A stretch of DNA of 64,000 nucleotides from an uncultured Candidatus Saccharibacteria bacterium (GCA_946414465.1 CAMKOP010000003.1:15162-79161), one strand, 5' to 3'; shown: positions 46,357-57,540, counted from the first letter of the stretch. Translations and numbers: made by a program. The notes: generated from the letters alone by a model not told the origin.

Positions 46357-47277
46357 ATGGATTTTGAGTCGGTTGAAAAAGCAAGATTGGCTTATGCTGC
46401 GAAACTTAAGCGGGGGCTTATTATTTGCGTGATTATTCTTTCTGTAATAGTTACTATAGGGATTGCTTCTGGAGGTGGGGTTGGAGTAGTAGGTTTAGTA
46501 TTTTTTGCTGCATTTTTCGTAGTTATAATTTATTATATTTTAAATTTTTTCCTTTATAGAACGGAGCGAACAGACTATCGAAAAGCATATAAGGGTTATT
46601 TTGTCGAGCGTAACATGAAGAAAATATTCACTGACCTCAGGTATGATCACGATTCTGGTATGCCTAGCTTGGTACTTGCTTCTACTGGTATGATTCGAAC
46701 TGGTGATAGATTTTATTCGAATGATTTTACTGATGCAAAATACCATGATGTAAGTTTTTCGCAGGCTGATGTGACAATTCAAGAAGAACAAACTGATTCG
46801 GATGGCGATTCTTATTATGTGACAATTTTTAAAGGTCGTTGGATGGTTTTTGAATTCCCAAAAAAGTTCGCATATAGAATAGAAGTCGTACAAAAAGGTT
46901 TTTCGGCTAAAAAAATACCTAAGACTGGCCCAAATGGTCGAAAATTCGAAAGACAAAGTATTGAGTCTTCTACATTCCATAAAAAATTCAAGATTTATGC
47001 CGAAGATGGATTTGAAACTTTTTATGTCCTAGATCCTGCGCTGATTGACCATATTGAAACCCTAAGTAATAACTGTAAAGGAAAATTATTGCTTTGTTTT
47101 GTAGATAACAAACTTCATGTAGGTTTACATGATAACAAAGATGCCTTCGAACCTCCTTCACCACTAAAAAAACTTGATGAGAAAAAAGAGACCGAAAAAA
47201 TATATAATGAGCTTAAAACTATTACTGATTTTGTTGATTTTCTAAAATTAGATAAGAAAATCTTTACTAATAAATAA
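46357..47277 (+). CDS. DUF3137-like membrane protein
   Basis: Two N-terminal TM helices followed by a soluble domain. Family assignment from recalled pattern. Confidence 0.55.
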   Translation: MDFESVEKARLAYAAKLKRGLIICVIILSVIVTIGIASGGGVGVVGLVFFAAFFVVIIYYILNFFLYRTERTDYRKAYKGYFVERNMKKIFTDLRYDHDSGMPSLVLASTGMIRTGDRFYSNDFTDAKYHDVSFSQADVTIQEEQTDSDGDSYYVTIFKGRWMVFEFPKKFAYRIEVVQKGFSAKKIPKTGPNGRKFERQSIESSTFHKKFKIYAEDGFETFYVLDPALIDHIETLSNNCKGKLLLCFVDNKLHVGLHDNKDAFEPPSPLKKLDEKKETEKIYNELKTITDFVDFLKLDKKIFTNK

Positions 47278-47301
47278 GATTTATGCTACAATTAAACTAT
47301 T

Positions 47302-47793
47302 ATGGAAGGTAATAGAAGAAATAAACCGCGTGCGCTTTTAGTTTTTGGTGCTCCAGCTAGCGGTAAAACTACTTTTGCAGAAAAATTTGCCAAGAAATTT
47401 GGATTGGCATATTATAATTTTGCGGATTTAATGAATGATCATGGTTTTTCGTATGAGCAGATTCTAGTTATACTGGAAGAAATATTGAAAACTGGACAAA
47501 CAATTGTGATCGAGGGCAGTCTTGATGCTGAAGCCAACCGTACAGAAATTCGAAATATCGTGCGTAAGGCTGGTTATGAACCTGCGTTGATTTGGGTGCA
47601 AACAGACATTTCCACTATTAGACAACGTCTTAAAACACGTTACAGAAGTGTTTCAAGAGCAAAAGAAGCCTATGATAAAGCTGTAGCTGAGATGGAAGCT
47701 CCGGCTGATAATGAAAAACCGATTATTTTATCCGGTAAACATACTTTTGAAACACAAACTAAACATGTGATTGCTGGACTTGCGGATTTGTAG
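47302..47793 (+). CDS. P-loop NTPase / small kinase-like protein
   Basis: Walker A GAPASGKTT; 163 aa. Confidence 0.7.
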   Translation: MEGNRRNKPRALLVFGAPASGKTTFAEKFAKKFGLAYYNFADLMNDHGFSYEQILVILEEILKTGQTIVIEGSLDAEANRTEIRNIVRKAGYEPALIWVQTDISTIRQRLKTRYRSVSRAKEAYDKAVAEMEAPADNEKPIILSGKHTFETQTKHVIAGLADL

Positions 47794-47795
47794 AA

Positions 47796-48341
47796 GTGAT
47801 TATCAATGATAAAGAATTTGGGGAAGTTATTGTTAGGCGGAGCCCTTTAGCGCGAGGAGTTAAATTTTCGATTTCAACTTCTGGAAGACTTGCAATGTCG
47901 GTACCTAAACACACCTCTGATTTTTTGGCAAAGAGATTCCTGAGCTCTAATCGTAAAATGATTCGTGAAAAATTGCCTATCAAAGATCCAAAAGAGCAAC
48001 GTGCAAGGGATTATCAAAAAAAGATTCTTATGAAGAAAGCGCGTGAGTATTTGCCGTATCGTTTGGAGTATCATGCTAAATTATATGGTTATAACTATTC
48101 TAAATGTCGATTGACTCATGCCAATACAAGATGGGGGAGTTGTTCATCTAATCGTACGATTTCGCTTAATATCGGTTTGATGAAAGTGCCTGAACCATTA
48201 CGAGATTATGTTATATTGCACGAGTTGGCGCATCTAAATCATATGGATCATTCAAGGGCATTTTGGGCAGAGGTAGCCTCGCACGACAAGAACTATCGTT
48301 CGCATGAAAAAAAGCTAAAAATGTTCAATCCTGGCATTTAA
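47796..48341 (+). CDS. M48/DUF45 (YgjP-like) zinc metallopeptidase
   Basis: HELAHLNHMDHSRAFW (HExxH) motif. Confidence 0.8.
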   Translation: MIINDKEFGEVIVRRSPLARGVKFSISTSGRLAMSVPKHTSDFLAKRFLSSNRKMIREKLPIKDPKEQRARDYQKKILMKKAREYLPYRLEYHAKLYGYNYSKCRLTHANTRWGSCSSNRTISLNIGLMKVPEPLRDYVILHELAHLNHMDHSRAFWAEVASHDKNYRSHEKKLKMFNPGI

Positions 48342-48400
48342 TTATAATAAAACCATGCTTTTATAAAACGATTATGCTATAATTGTTGTAAGGAGGAAGT

Positions 48401-48892
48401 GTGAAGTTAAAAAAGCATCTAAACTCGAGAATTATTTTCGTTAGTTTGTATGTTTTTGCTTTTATTGCATATATCATATATGGTTTGCAACCTGCAAGAG
48501 CTGTAAATTATGATATTTCGGCTACTCTAAATATTCCTAGTATTGACTTAATTGCCGATGTGACAGCTTTAGAGCTTAAAAATGGTAAATTAGATACTCC
48601 AGATACGATAGTAGGTAGCTACTCAAGGCATAATAATAAAACTTTACTAATAGGCCATTCTACCACTGTTTTTAATAGATTGAATGAGGTACATTTAGGA
48701 GATGAATTAGAATATAATAATTCTGTTTATCATGTAGTTACGATTGATTTGGTACCTAAGCCGGATATTAGCATGACTTCCTTGCTTAAATTTGAGAAGA
48801 AAGACACTTTAATTTTAATGACTTGTGCGGGTGAATTATTAGACGGAAATGATGCAACGCATAGGTTAATAATAAAAGCAGTGAAGGGCTAA
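48401..48892 (+). CDS. Sortase
   Basis: N-terminal TM, catalytic His (LIGHS), Cys (LILMTCAG) and Arg (THRLII). Confidence 0.8.
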   Translation: MKLKKHLNSRIIFVSLYVFAFIAYIIYGLQPARAVNYDISATLNIPSIDLIADVTALELKNGKLDTPDTIVGSYSRHNNKTLLIGHSTTVFNRLNEVHLGDELEYNNSVYHVVTIDLVPKPDISMTSLLKFEKKDTLILMTCAGELLDGNDATHRLIIKAVKG

Positions 48893-48893
48893 A

Positions 48894-50864
48894 TTAATTC
48901 TGTTTGAATTTAAGCTTGATAGCAAAACCACCACCGGGTGCCATATATAGATCTAGTGAATCGGTGTAACCGACTTTCTTGTTTTGTTTGACGATAGCAA
49001 ATGGGTTTTCACGATAATGAGCGTTTTCGGCATCGGCGTAAATGGAAGCTTCATACACACCGCCTTGTTCGAGAAAATCAAGATTGATATGGATACGACG
49101 TCCATTTTCGTCCGTAACTCCGCCAATATACCAATCTTTAGAATTACGATCTTGTCGAGCAACGATGTAATACTCACCGATTTCACCGGCTAGCGGTAAA
49201 GTAATGTTGAAATCTGTCGGCACGTCACGGATAAATTCAAACTCGTCTGGAAATCTGTGTTCATAGATAAACGGGCGATCGGCAGCCATTTGCATACCAG
49301 AATAGATTGTAACAAAGTAGGCTAATTGACGAGATAAAGTAGTGGCCATACGTTTAACGCTGTTGGCTAGATCGAGAATTCCGGATGTATAATCCATGCC
49401 TCCGGCTAGTAGCCTAGTATATGGCAAATAACAAGCGTGTGAGGGACTAAGTGCACCACCCTCGTATTCTTGGCCACGAGCCCCTTCTCTCGACAAAATA
49501 TTTGGCCATGTTCGCTCAATGCCTGTACCTTTAATGGGCTCATGTATATCAAGACAGATATGCTTTCTTGCGGCAAGTTCAACGGTCTTTTGATAATGAT
49601 TGACGCCAAGTTGTGAATGGTGAAATTCACGACGTCCATTTATCATCATGGTGCTACCTGCATATCCAGTTTTTATATAATGAACACCTCTGGCTGCGTA
49701 ATAATTATATGCCTCTTCTAGCTGTTTTTCGTAGTTATCTACAAATCCGACGGTTTCATGATGTCCGACTATTTCAATATTGTTGTTTTTAGCATAGCGT
49801 GACACTTCGTCTAAGTCAAAATCTGGTGTTGAGATTGTAAACTTGTTATGGATACCATTTTCAAGCCAATCACCTTCCCAACCTTCATTCCATCCTTCAA
49901 TAAGCAGCCCTGCGATACCTAAGCGAACCGCAGCGTCGATATACTCTTTGGCATGTTCGGTAGTAGCGCCGTGGCGTTCACCTGGTGCCCAAGTCCATTC
50001 ACCGACGAACATTGCCCACCAAATGCCGATGAATTTAAGGGTTTTGACCCAGCTAAAATCTGATGCTGGTGGTTCGTTTAGTGCGTACATTACGCGATTG
50101 GTAGTTAATTCAATGGCAGAGTTTGCTATCATAATGAGGCGCCATGGCGTTTGGAAGGGAAGTAGGACATGAGCTTTAGTGCCGTCAGACAGTGGCGTGA
50201 TATCAGTTTTTAAAATATTATTCTGATTCAGTTTAATTGTAGCAGAGCCATAATTATATAGTGCGGCTTCATGGATGGCAAGATAATATCCTGTTGGAGT
50301 TTTGAGGGTTAAAGGTGTATGAACAGATTTTTTGAGTTGATGGACCATGGTTTTTTCGTAATTGTACTCGTATCTATCCGGTTGGTAGGCAGGAATTTTC
50401 CAGGCGATAGAATTGAGGTCCACGTTAAATTCGGTAAGCTCGTCCTTGATGGTAATTTGACGAAATTTTGGTTGAGGTGGAATTTCATAGCGGAAGGCGA
50501 CCGCATTATTGAACACACGAAATCTGAGTGTAAAAATACGTTTTTGTTCTTTTTCTTCTGATAAGTAAAAGGTAGATTCATTATAATTGTTTTTTATGTA
50601 ACGTTCCTCGCCCCAAGGTAATTCTATTGTTTCTTCATGCTTCTTTTTTTGTTCACGGATGATAATCAGATCATCGACTAGCGGAGTTTCACCGCAGATT
50701 AAAAAACCTAATCTGGATGGTTTGACAATACGCTTGTCGTTTTTATAGACAGAATAAAACAATTGGCCAGATTTTAGTTCTAAAAGGCATTTGATAGACT
50801 TATCGGGTGAATAAAACTCCTTTTCTGCCTTTTTCTTACCAAAAAGATTTGCCCACTTGAACAT
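48894..50864 (-). CDS. Glycoside hydrolase family 97-like alpha-glucosidase
   Basis: 656 aa. The GIERTWPNILSREGARGQE region resembles the GH97 catalytic core. Confidence 0.65.
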   Translation of the reverse strand: MFKWANLFGKKKAEKEFYSPDKSIKCLLELKSGQLFYSVYKNDKRIVKPSRLGFLICGETPLVDDLIIIREQKKKHEETIELPWGEERYIKNNYNESTFYLSEEKEQKRIFTLRFRVFNNAVAFRYEIPPQPKFRQITIKDELTEFNVDLNSIAWKIPAYQPDRYEYNYEKTMVHQLKKSVHTPLTLKTPTGYYLAIHEAALYNYGSATIKLNQNNILKTDITPLSDGTKAHVLLPFQTPWRLIMIANSAIELTTNRVMYALNEPPASDFSWVKTLKFIGIWWAMFVGEWTWAPGERHGATTEHAKEYIDAAVRLGIAGLLIEGWNEGWEGDWLENGIHNKFTISTPDFDLDEVSRYAKNNNIEIVGHHETVGFVDNYEKQLEEAYNYYAARGVHYIKTGYAGSTMMINGRREFHHSQLGVNHYQKTVELAARKHICLDIHEPIKGTGIERTWPNILSREGARGQEYEGGALSPSHACYLPYTRLLAGGMDYTSGILDLANSVKRMATTLSRQLAYFVTIYSGMQMAADRPFIYEHRFPDEFEFIRDVPTDFNITLPLAGEIGEYYIVARQDRNSKDWYIGGVTDENGRRIHINLDFLEQGGVYEASIYADAENAHYRENPFAIVKQNKKVGYTDSLDLYMAPGGGFAIKLKFKQN

Positions 50865-50891
50865 AAGATAATTATAGCATATAATAAAAAC

Positions 50892-52385
50892 ATGGCTCGT
50901 AAGAAGCGAAATAGAGTGAAATATTTCTTGGTGGCAGTGGTATTATTTGCGATAATGTTTGCAGGTGCATTTCTTGGTATACAATACTTCACAAAAACTG
51001 GTATTTTCAGAATTCCCGGTGTAGTGTATTATGACGAGAGTTTAAATGAAAGTGAAATTGAACTTCTAAAGAGCATTTTCACCGAAGAGGTTGATTTAGA
51101 TAAAGATGTGACGATTTCAGCACGATATAGTTTAGTCAAGCCAGAGTTAAATAACGGTGAATACCTGTATAACATTTCCGTACCAGTGACTGATTATTAT
51201 AGTTTGGATAGTAATATTGAAGCGAGCGAACCAGAACTATTATTTGCGGACGCCTATCAGTCCGACGTAGCTTTTACGATGACAGATATCGATGAACTTG
51301 ATTTTAAGAAAAAACTACTTAGTATCAATAATAAGTATTATCTAGATGATTTTACTGAAGGGGCAGTATTTAGAACAATTAAGTTTGACTCAGCAATGTT
51401 TGATGACGAGATAAAGCCATTGGTGGAAGAAACATTTACAAAAACATTCCCGGAAAAATCATCTGTGTTGACTTTTGCGCAGACTGGCGTGACGGCGCTT
51501 AGTCGCGGGATGAATTCTAAATTAGTTTCTGTGGGCGGTGATGCGACTTATTTTGCTGAGAATATTAAAGATTATTTATCCAGTTTTGATTTAACTCATA
51601 CTTCAAATGAGTCATCTTTTACGACATTTGCTAACTCTTCGAATATTTGCTCTGATACTAGATTCATTGATACTTTGACTGCGATTGGTTTGGATATTGT
51701 GGAATTAACTGGTAATCATAATCAGGATTGCGGTAATGAAGCAGCTTTAAATTCAATTGATATTTACGAACAAAACAACATTAAGATGGTCGGTGGTGGT
51801 CGTAATGCTGAGGATGCAGCTAAGCCTCTAAATATCGCTGAAAAAGATACTAATATCACATTCCTAGCGTATAATCTTTCGACCGGTGGGGCTACTTATG
51901 GTAATACACCTGGGGCAAATCAGTATTATGAAGAAAATGCAATTAGCGAAATCAATGCAGCCAAAGAACGTGGTGATTTTGTGATCGTGGATATACAATA
52001 TTATGAATGTAGTGCATATGCCTCAGAATACGAGGATCCGACTTGTGATAGGGCAGACTCTGCAGCAGGTGATCAAGTCGGTTTCTTCAGACACCTGATT
52101 GATCTAGGTGCTGATGTAGTGGTCGGCACTAGTGCGCATCAGCCTCAGACTTTTGAGCTATATGGTAATGGAGCGATTTATTATGGACTTGGGAATTTGT
52201 TCTTTGATCAGATGTGGTGGCCGGGGACTACTCGTAGTTTGATTTTGGCGCATTATTTCTATGATGGAAAACTACTTCAGACAAGAATTGTTCCGACTAT
52301 TTATGATAAATCATTGCAAACTAAATTATTAGATGAGGACACTTCGAAATGGTTCATCGGAAGACTACTAAGCGTAAGACCATAA
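50892..52385 (+). CDS. CapA-family (PGA_cap metallophosphatase-like) protein with N-terminal TM
   Basis: GNHNQDCG and VVGTSAHQPQ motifs. Confidence 0.75.
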   Translation: MARKKRNRVKYFLVAVVLFAIMFAGAFLGIQYFTKTGIFRIPGVVYYDESLNESEIELLKSIFTEEVDLDKDVTISARYSLVKPELNNGEYLYNISVPVTDYYSLDSNIEASEPELLFADAYQSDVAFTMTDIDELDFKKKLLSINNKYYLDDFTEGAVFRTIKFDSAMFDDEIKPLVEETFTKTFPEKSSVLTFAQTGVTALSRGMNSKLVSVGGDATYFAENIKDYLSSFDLTHTSNESSFTTFANSSNICSDTRFIDTLTAIGLDIVELTGNHNQDCGNEAALNSIDIYEQNNIKMVGGGRNAEDAAKPLNIAEKDTNITFLAYNLSTGGATYGNTPGANQYYEENAISEINAAKERGDFVIVDIQYYECSAYASEYEDPTCDRADSAAGDQVGFFRHLIDLGADVVVGTSAHQPQTFELYGNGAIYYGLGNLFFDQMWWPGTTRSLILAHYFYDGKLLQTRIVPTIYDKSLQTKLLDEDTSKWFIGRLLSVRP

Positions 52386-53299
52386 AAAAGAATTCTAAAA
52401 ACTTTTGGAGGCTAATGGTATATGTTGTCTTTTTTGGGGCTATGATTGCCGGTATTACGTTGGCGGTATTAATGCTAGTCTTTAGACCACAACTAATACC
52501 TGATAATGAAAATCTATCGAACGAGGAGGAGATTGTAACTACAGAACCCGAGCCGGAAATAATCCTACCAGATAAAATTGATTTCCAGGCGATTATAGAT
52601 GATTGGGTTAGAACATCAGGCGGCAATAAGAGTGTCTTGGTATATGATCTCGAACGTGATGAAATGGTCGGAGAGTATAATCTAAATGAATCCTATAACA
52701 CTGCATCTTTGTATAAGTTGTTTGTGGTTTTGGAAGGATACCGTAGAGTTCAAGCAGGTGAATGGCAGGCTGAAGAGGTTGCTGGTTCGACCGGGAGAAC
52801 GATCTCTCAATGTCTTGATTTAGCGATTCGCGAGTCATATTCTCCTTGTGCGGAGGTACTTTGGTCTAAAATTGGTCGCGCAGAGTTGGATGATATTGTA
52901 AGAAATGACTATAATATTATCAACTCAGATATTTCTAATTTGATTTCAAATCCAAAGGATATTCTAGCGGTAATGAAGCTCTTTTACGAACATAAATATA
53001 TAACTGACGAGACGTTATTGAATCAAATAAAAGATTCGTTTTTGAATCAACCGGCTACTACCTATAATTGGCGTCAAGGGCTGCCTAGTGGTTTTACTAA
53101 GGCTAACGTATATAATAAGGTTGGATGGGATTTTAACCCCGATGGAAATTATTGGAACATTTATCATGATGCAGCAATTGTCGAATTCCCGGAATCTAAT
53201 CGTCATTATATTGTAGTCGTGATGTCAAATCGTCTGCCTTTTCAACAGATTAGAAAACTTGGTACTAATATAGAAAAACATTTTTACGGCGAATTGTAA
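52349..53299 (+). CDS. Serine hydrolase / class A beta-lactamase-like protein, membrane anchored
   Basis: S-x-x-K motif (ASLYKLF) and an N-terminal TM. Confidence 0.65.
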   Translation: MVHRKTTKRKTIKKNSKNFWRLMVYVVFFGAMIAGITLAVLMLVFRPQLIPDNENLSNEEEIVTTEPEPEIILPDKIDFQAIIDDWVRTSGGNKSVLVYDLERDEMVGEYNLNESYNTASLYKLFVVLEGYRRVQAGEWQAEEVAGSTGRTISQCLDLAIRESYSPCAEVLWSKIGRAELDDIVRNDYNIINSDISNLISNPKDILAVMKLFYEHKYITDETLLNQIKDSFLNQPATTYNWRQGLPSGFTKANVYNKVGWDFNPDGNYWNIYHDAAIVEFPESNRHYIVVVMSNRLPFQQIRKLGTNIEKHFYGEL

Positions 53300-54259
53300 T
53301 TAATAAGTACTAAAGAACTGAGACCAGTAGGTTTTGTAGTCTGAATCTAAATCGAAATTGAAGCCAACGGCGAGTTTAGTGTACTCAGGATTAAGAATAT
53401 TGGCACGGTGTGTTTCGCTACCCATCCATAGAGCCACAGTGGTAGCAGGTGAAACAGCAGCATTGCCAATGGCAAGATTTTCGCCACTAACACCACCTGA
53501 ACTAGGGACTGGACACACTGTAGACCAGCTGGTGCCATCTGGGCGAGTGTGGGCATATTTAATGACAGTTTCTTTGGCTCGAATATCAGCAGCTTCTTCA
53601 CAAGTATAACCCCATGAAAGTTGTTCCAGATTGTTTTTGATACGAATTTTATTAACTAATGATAAGACTTCATGTTTCCACTGATCTGCTGGTGGAGCAA
53701 TTACTGTCACAGTAATAGAATCTTTGCGTCTGCCGTCGTAGGTACCGGCTGTAATGGTGGTAGTGCCAATGCCACTAATCACTGGGTAGCGGCAAGTTTC
53801 ATCATTGTATCCCAACCAGGTACGAGCAGAATTATAGAATCCTGAGATTACATTAGTGTTGGAGGTCTGCCAATACATCTCGCCGAGGTCTGATAAACTA
53901 CCACCGGTACAGAGATCGATGTCTGGTGTAGCATAGATAGTAATGGCATTTTCATTCCAAAGTTCACCAGCTGGTACTTCTGTATTGTCAAATTCATGAC
54001 TTGAGGTGGAAACATAGTCATCATTTCCTGTAGCATAGATACTATTTGATTCCACATCTGAATCAGATACTGATTCAAGAAGTTCCATTTCGCCGATAGT
54101 ATCTTCTACGATATCAGAACGTTCATCAACAGTGCGGAACGTAAGTCCATCGTTAAACCAGATTGCGCTCGCGATGAGGACGCCCGCTATCAATATGGCG
54201 GCCGCATTAACTGACAACAATATTGTCATTTTATTGTTTTTTGGACGTTTTTCGTCCAT
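53300..54259 (-). CDS. Secreted CAP/SCP (YkwD-like) domain protein
   Basis: N-terminal TM and a C-terminal CAP pattern (GENLAIG...THRANILNPEYTKLAVGF). Confidence 0.75.
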   Translation of the reverse strand: MDEKRPKNNKMTILLSVNAAAILIAGVLIASAIWFNDGLTFRTVDERSDIVEDTIGEMELLESVSDSDVESNSIYATGNDDYVSTSSHEFDNTEVPAGELWNENAITIYATPDIDLCTGGSLSDLGEMYWQTSNTNVISGFYNSARTWLGYNDETCRYPVISGIGTTTITAGTYDGRRKDSITVTVIAPPADQWKHEVLSLVNKIRIKNNLEQLSWGYTCEEAADIRAKETVIKYAHTRPDGTSWSTVCPVPSSGGVSGENLAIGNAAVSPATTVALWMGSETHRANILNPEYTKLAVGFNFDLDSDYKTYWSQFFSTY

Positions 54260-54261
54260 GA

Positions 54262-55194
54262 TTATTTTTTCTCCTTGTGTTTGTTATCCAGAGTCAGAGA
54301 TTTTACAAAGGTGAGTGCTTCATTTAAAGCTGGCATCAAAGCAATAAAGATAAGTATCATAATAAAGTTTAGAATTATTACTTCGGTTGATGGAGCAGAC
54401 CCACGGAATAATGCTGCAAAGATAATCGAGAATATAATCATGTAAATAATCGCAACTGACGCAACGATAACTACGTACGATAATATACGTAGCCAAGCTG
54501 ATGAAAGATTGAGCATTCGGTAACGTAAAATTGTATAATACACGGCGATAATTGTGACAGCGAGTGCGAGCGGGCCAAGCCATATTAGTGACCAATTATT
54601 GAACAGTGGCAAAATGAGGTTAAAAACTAACACGATTGTACTGGATAGCCCAAAGCTAGCCATCGTGACGATATCTCCGCCTTGTTTACGCTTGGAGTGT
54701 GTTTTGAAAAACTGGTGAGCAAATACGCCGATGATAACAGGTACGATTGCGCCAAAGAAGGCAATATAACTAAAATATAATGGGCCAATATTCATTACTA
54801 CACTGTTGCCAGTGTGGCTTAAAATAATATCTGAATATAGAGCACTTGGGTTAAACATGATTGCTCCGCCAATTATTAAACCTAAAACAAGAAAGATAAA
54901 AGTGGTAATTTTACCATATCTTTTTTTCCAAGCACCGTAACCTAAAAATGCGACATCAATCAATATTGCGCTAACAAAAGTCCAAATAACGTGCCAATTA
55001 ATTGTGTTGGATTGTTCTGGACGAGCCACTAAAAAGATAGAAATTGATGCCATCCATACGGTGGCAAATATAGCAGCGGCAAAATACCAAGCTGAGCGTA
55101 CACGGTCGCCTTTGGTTGCGCCGAAGAAAACGATAGCGCCAGACAAAAATGTCAGAATTGACACTGTGGCTAGTAGCATAACAATTAATTGCAT
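54262..55194 (-). CDS. Polytopic membrane protein (~8-9 TM), unknown function
   Basis: Hydrophobic throughout. Confidence 0.6.
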   Translation of the reverse strand: MQLIVMLLATVSILTFLSGAIVFFGATKGDRVRSAWYFAAAIFATVWMASISIFLVARPEQSNTINWHVIWTFVSAILIDVAFLGYGAWKKRYGKITTFIFLVLGLIIGGAIMFNPSALYSDIILSHTGNSVVMNIGPLYFSYIAFFGAIVPVIIGVFAHQFFKTHSKRKQGGDIVTMASFGLSSTIVLVFNLILPLFNNWSLIWLGPLALAVTIIAVYYTILRYRMLNLSSAWLRILSYVVIVASVAIIYMIIFSIIFAALFRGSAPSTEVIILNFIMILIFIALMPALNEALTFVKSLTLDNKHKEKK

Positions 55195-55231
55195 TTACCT
55201 CCTTTTTAATTATTATAGCACAATTAATGGT

Positions 55232-56869
55232 TTATTTGTTTATGTTTATATGGTTGTTGAAGTTTTGATTATTGTCGCCAACAGTTGTGGTCGTGTCAAC
55301 AATAGCAAAATCTTGATATCTTTCATTATTTAAGTAGATGGTATAGGTACTACCCAGCACGAATTTGCCTGTACCTACAGCCAGATGTGAGAATTTCTTA
55401 ATTGCTGTGTGTTCAACGATTGTTTCGTTATTGCTATTTTTAATAGTGATAGTTGTGCCGGCTGGTTGTTCAATGTCGAAGAATACACTAATGTTATTAA
55501 TAGCTGAGGTGTTACTAATAGACTCTGCCATGCCACTTGAACCAACGGCTAAAATCTCGCCACCGTTCTGAATAATGCTTAGTCCAGAGTCTAATGCACT
55601 ATTGCCGTTGTTTGTAGGACCGTCTACAACGATTATTCCATCGTTAATATAAATCCATCCGTTACTGTCGATACCATCACCCGAGGAGTTGATTTTTATC
55701 TCGCCACCATTGATAGTGAGAATGCAGTTTTCGTCCGAATCAAATGGACCTCCACCTGGCCTGTTGGTGGTAGCTGAGGCATCAGCCCCGCCACCTGTGT
55801 TTATTCCATCATCTATTGCCGTGACGCTGATGACGCCGGAATTTATTGTGATAACTTGTGCTTCAATACCTTCGTAGGCTTTGGTGATATTGATATTGCC
55901 GCCGTCAATTACAAGTGTATTATTAGCGTGAATAGCGTCATCATTGGCATTAATGGTAATATTGCCGTCTACTATACCTAAATATATGTCTGAATGAATT
56001 GCATCATCATAGGTGTCGAGATTGAAAAATCCGTTTTCGATAAGAATATTTTTAGTTGCTTTGATACCTTTTGCACTAGATTTAATGTTTAAATTGCCAT
56101 TTTCGATTAAAACAAAACCTTTGCCATAGTTTGATTCATCGGTTGATTTGATGGCGTCAGCTTTTGAATCGATATTGAAGTTGCCTGATGTTATATATAC
56201 CGAATCTGTACCGCGAATCGCATCATCTATGGATGTAATTTTATAATTACCCCCACGAAATGTTAAATCGTCTTTACCCACTATGCCATCTTCATGATTT
56301 GCAATGACGTTCAAATCGCCTTCTCCTTGCAACGTGAAATCGGATTTGACATAAATAGCGCCTTTGACGTCCGATTCAAATGAATTGGCATAATTTGTAC
56401 CGTCGGAAATAGTATTTTCACCAATTAATTCTATAACTATATCTTCTGCGGATTTTCCATAAATTGCTGGACCAGAATTATTATTTATCATGACATTATC
56501 CAGAATTAGTTTAACTTCGCCAATGCCAGCCTCAATAGTGACGCATCCGTCATCTAAATTGCCTGTTAGATGGTAAGTACCGGATTGATTGATGGTCAAT
56601 GAATCTGAGAGAATGATGTCTTTGGTAGCATAGCGATCCCAATTGATTTTGAGATCACCATTGTCTATATCGATGGCCTTAGTTATTTCTTCAACAGAAT
56701 CGGCGTTATCCTGATTATTAATTAATATCGCAACTACAATTACGCCGATTAATGCGAAAATACCAAGTATGGCTCGCCAATCAAATGTAATCAACTTTTT
56801 TCTATGATTAGCTTGCTGAACTTTGGCCGAACTACTGGGTTTTTTGTTCCAGGAGTTATGCTCTGCCAT
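55232..56869 (-). CDS. Carbohydrate-binding domain protein (DUF4353-like, beta-helix repeats)
   Basis: N-terminal TM and repeated DDAI(H/R/K) / DGI beta-helix-like units. Confidence 0.7.
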   Translation of the reverse strand: MAEHNSWNKKPSSSAKVQQANHRKKLITFDWRAILGIFALIGVIVVAILINNQDNADSVEEITKAIDIDNGDLKINWDRYATKDIILSDSLTINQSGTYHLTGNLDDGCVTIEAGIGEVKLILDNVMINNNSGPAIYGKSAEDIVIELIGENTISDGTNYANSFESDVKGAIYVKSDFTLQGEGDLNVIANHEDGIVGKDDLTFRGGNYKITSIDDAIRGTDSVYITSGNFNIDSKADAIKSTDESNYGKGFVLIENGNLNIKSSAKGIKATKNILIENGFFNLDTYDDAIHSDIYLGIVDGNITINANDDAIHANNTLVIDGGNINITKAYEGIEAQVITINSGVISVTAIDDGINTGGGADASATTNRPGGGPFDSDENCILTINGGEIKINSSGDGIDSNGWIYINDGIIVVDGPTNNGNSALDSGLSIIQNGGEILAVGSSGMAESISNTSAINNISVFFDIEQPAGTTITIKNSNNETIVEHTAIKKFSHLAVGTGKFVLGSTYTIYLNNERYQDFAIVDTTTTVGDNNQNFNNHININK

Positions 56870-57540
56870 TAAATATCCTCCTCGAGACAGGGTTCGGAGA
56901 GTAGGATTTTAAGATTGCAGTTCTTGACGCGAATTTCATCTAGGAATTCCTTTTCTTTGATGCCATGACGTAGTTTAATATCGTAGGTAAGTTTATAGAG
57001 ACTGCCCATATTCATGGTTTTAGTTTCGACCAATTTGGCGCTAGAAGTGTATTTTTTGAATATTTCGGTAAATACATCATCATAGTCTAAATCTTCTGGT
57101 ATGACGACTTTCAGCACTCTTGCTTGGGCGTTTGGTTCGAGGATATGGGTATAGGAAAAGAATACGATTGCAATAATACCAATTGCAGTGATAACTGCAG
57201 CAAAAAGTAGGTGTCCCATACCAAGAGCCAACCCAATCATCATGGCGAAAAATACACTTAGCAGATCTTTGGCGTGACCCTGAATTGAACGAAAACGAAT
57301 AAGCGAGAAAGCGCCTAGAATTGCAATAGAAGTACCGAGATTCCCATTTATCATAATCATGACGGCCATGACGAGTAGTGGCAGAACTGCCAGTGTAATA
57401 AGAAAACCTTTAGTCGTCTGTGAGGTTTTCATATGGGTGATGGCGATAGCGAGACCAAGTAGTAGTGAGGCTCCTGCGCATATTAATGCAGTCTTGATAT
57501 CAAGACCCGTTGCTGCTGTATCAAATAGACTATTGAACAT
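56869..57540 (-). CDS. DUF4956-like membrane protein
   Basis: 4 TM helices plus a soluble C-terminus. Conserved neighbour of VTC-domain genes. Confidence 0.65.
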   Translation of the reverse strand: MFNSLFDTAATGLDIKTALICAGASLLLGLAIAITHMKTSQTTKGFLITLAVLPLLVMAVMIMINGNLGTSIAILGAFSLIRFRSIQGHAKDLLSVFFAMMIGLALGMGHLLFAAVITAIGIIAIVFFSYTHILEPNAQARVLKVVIPEDLDYDDVFTEIFKKYTSSAKLVETKTMNMGSLYKLTYDIKLRHGIKEKEFLDEIRVKNCNLKILLSEPCLEEDI

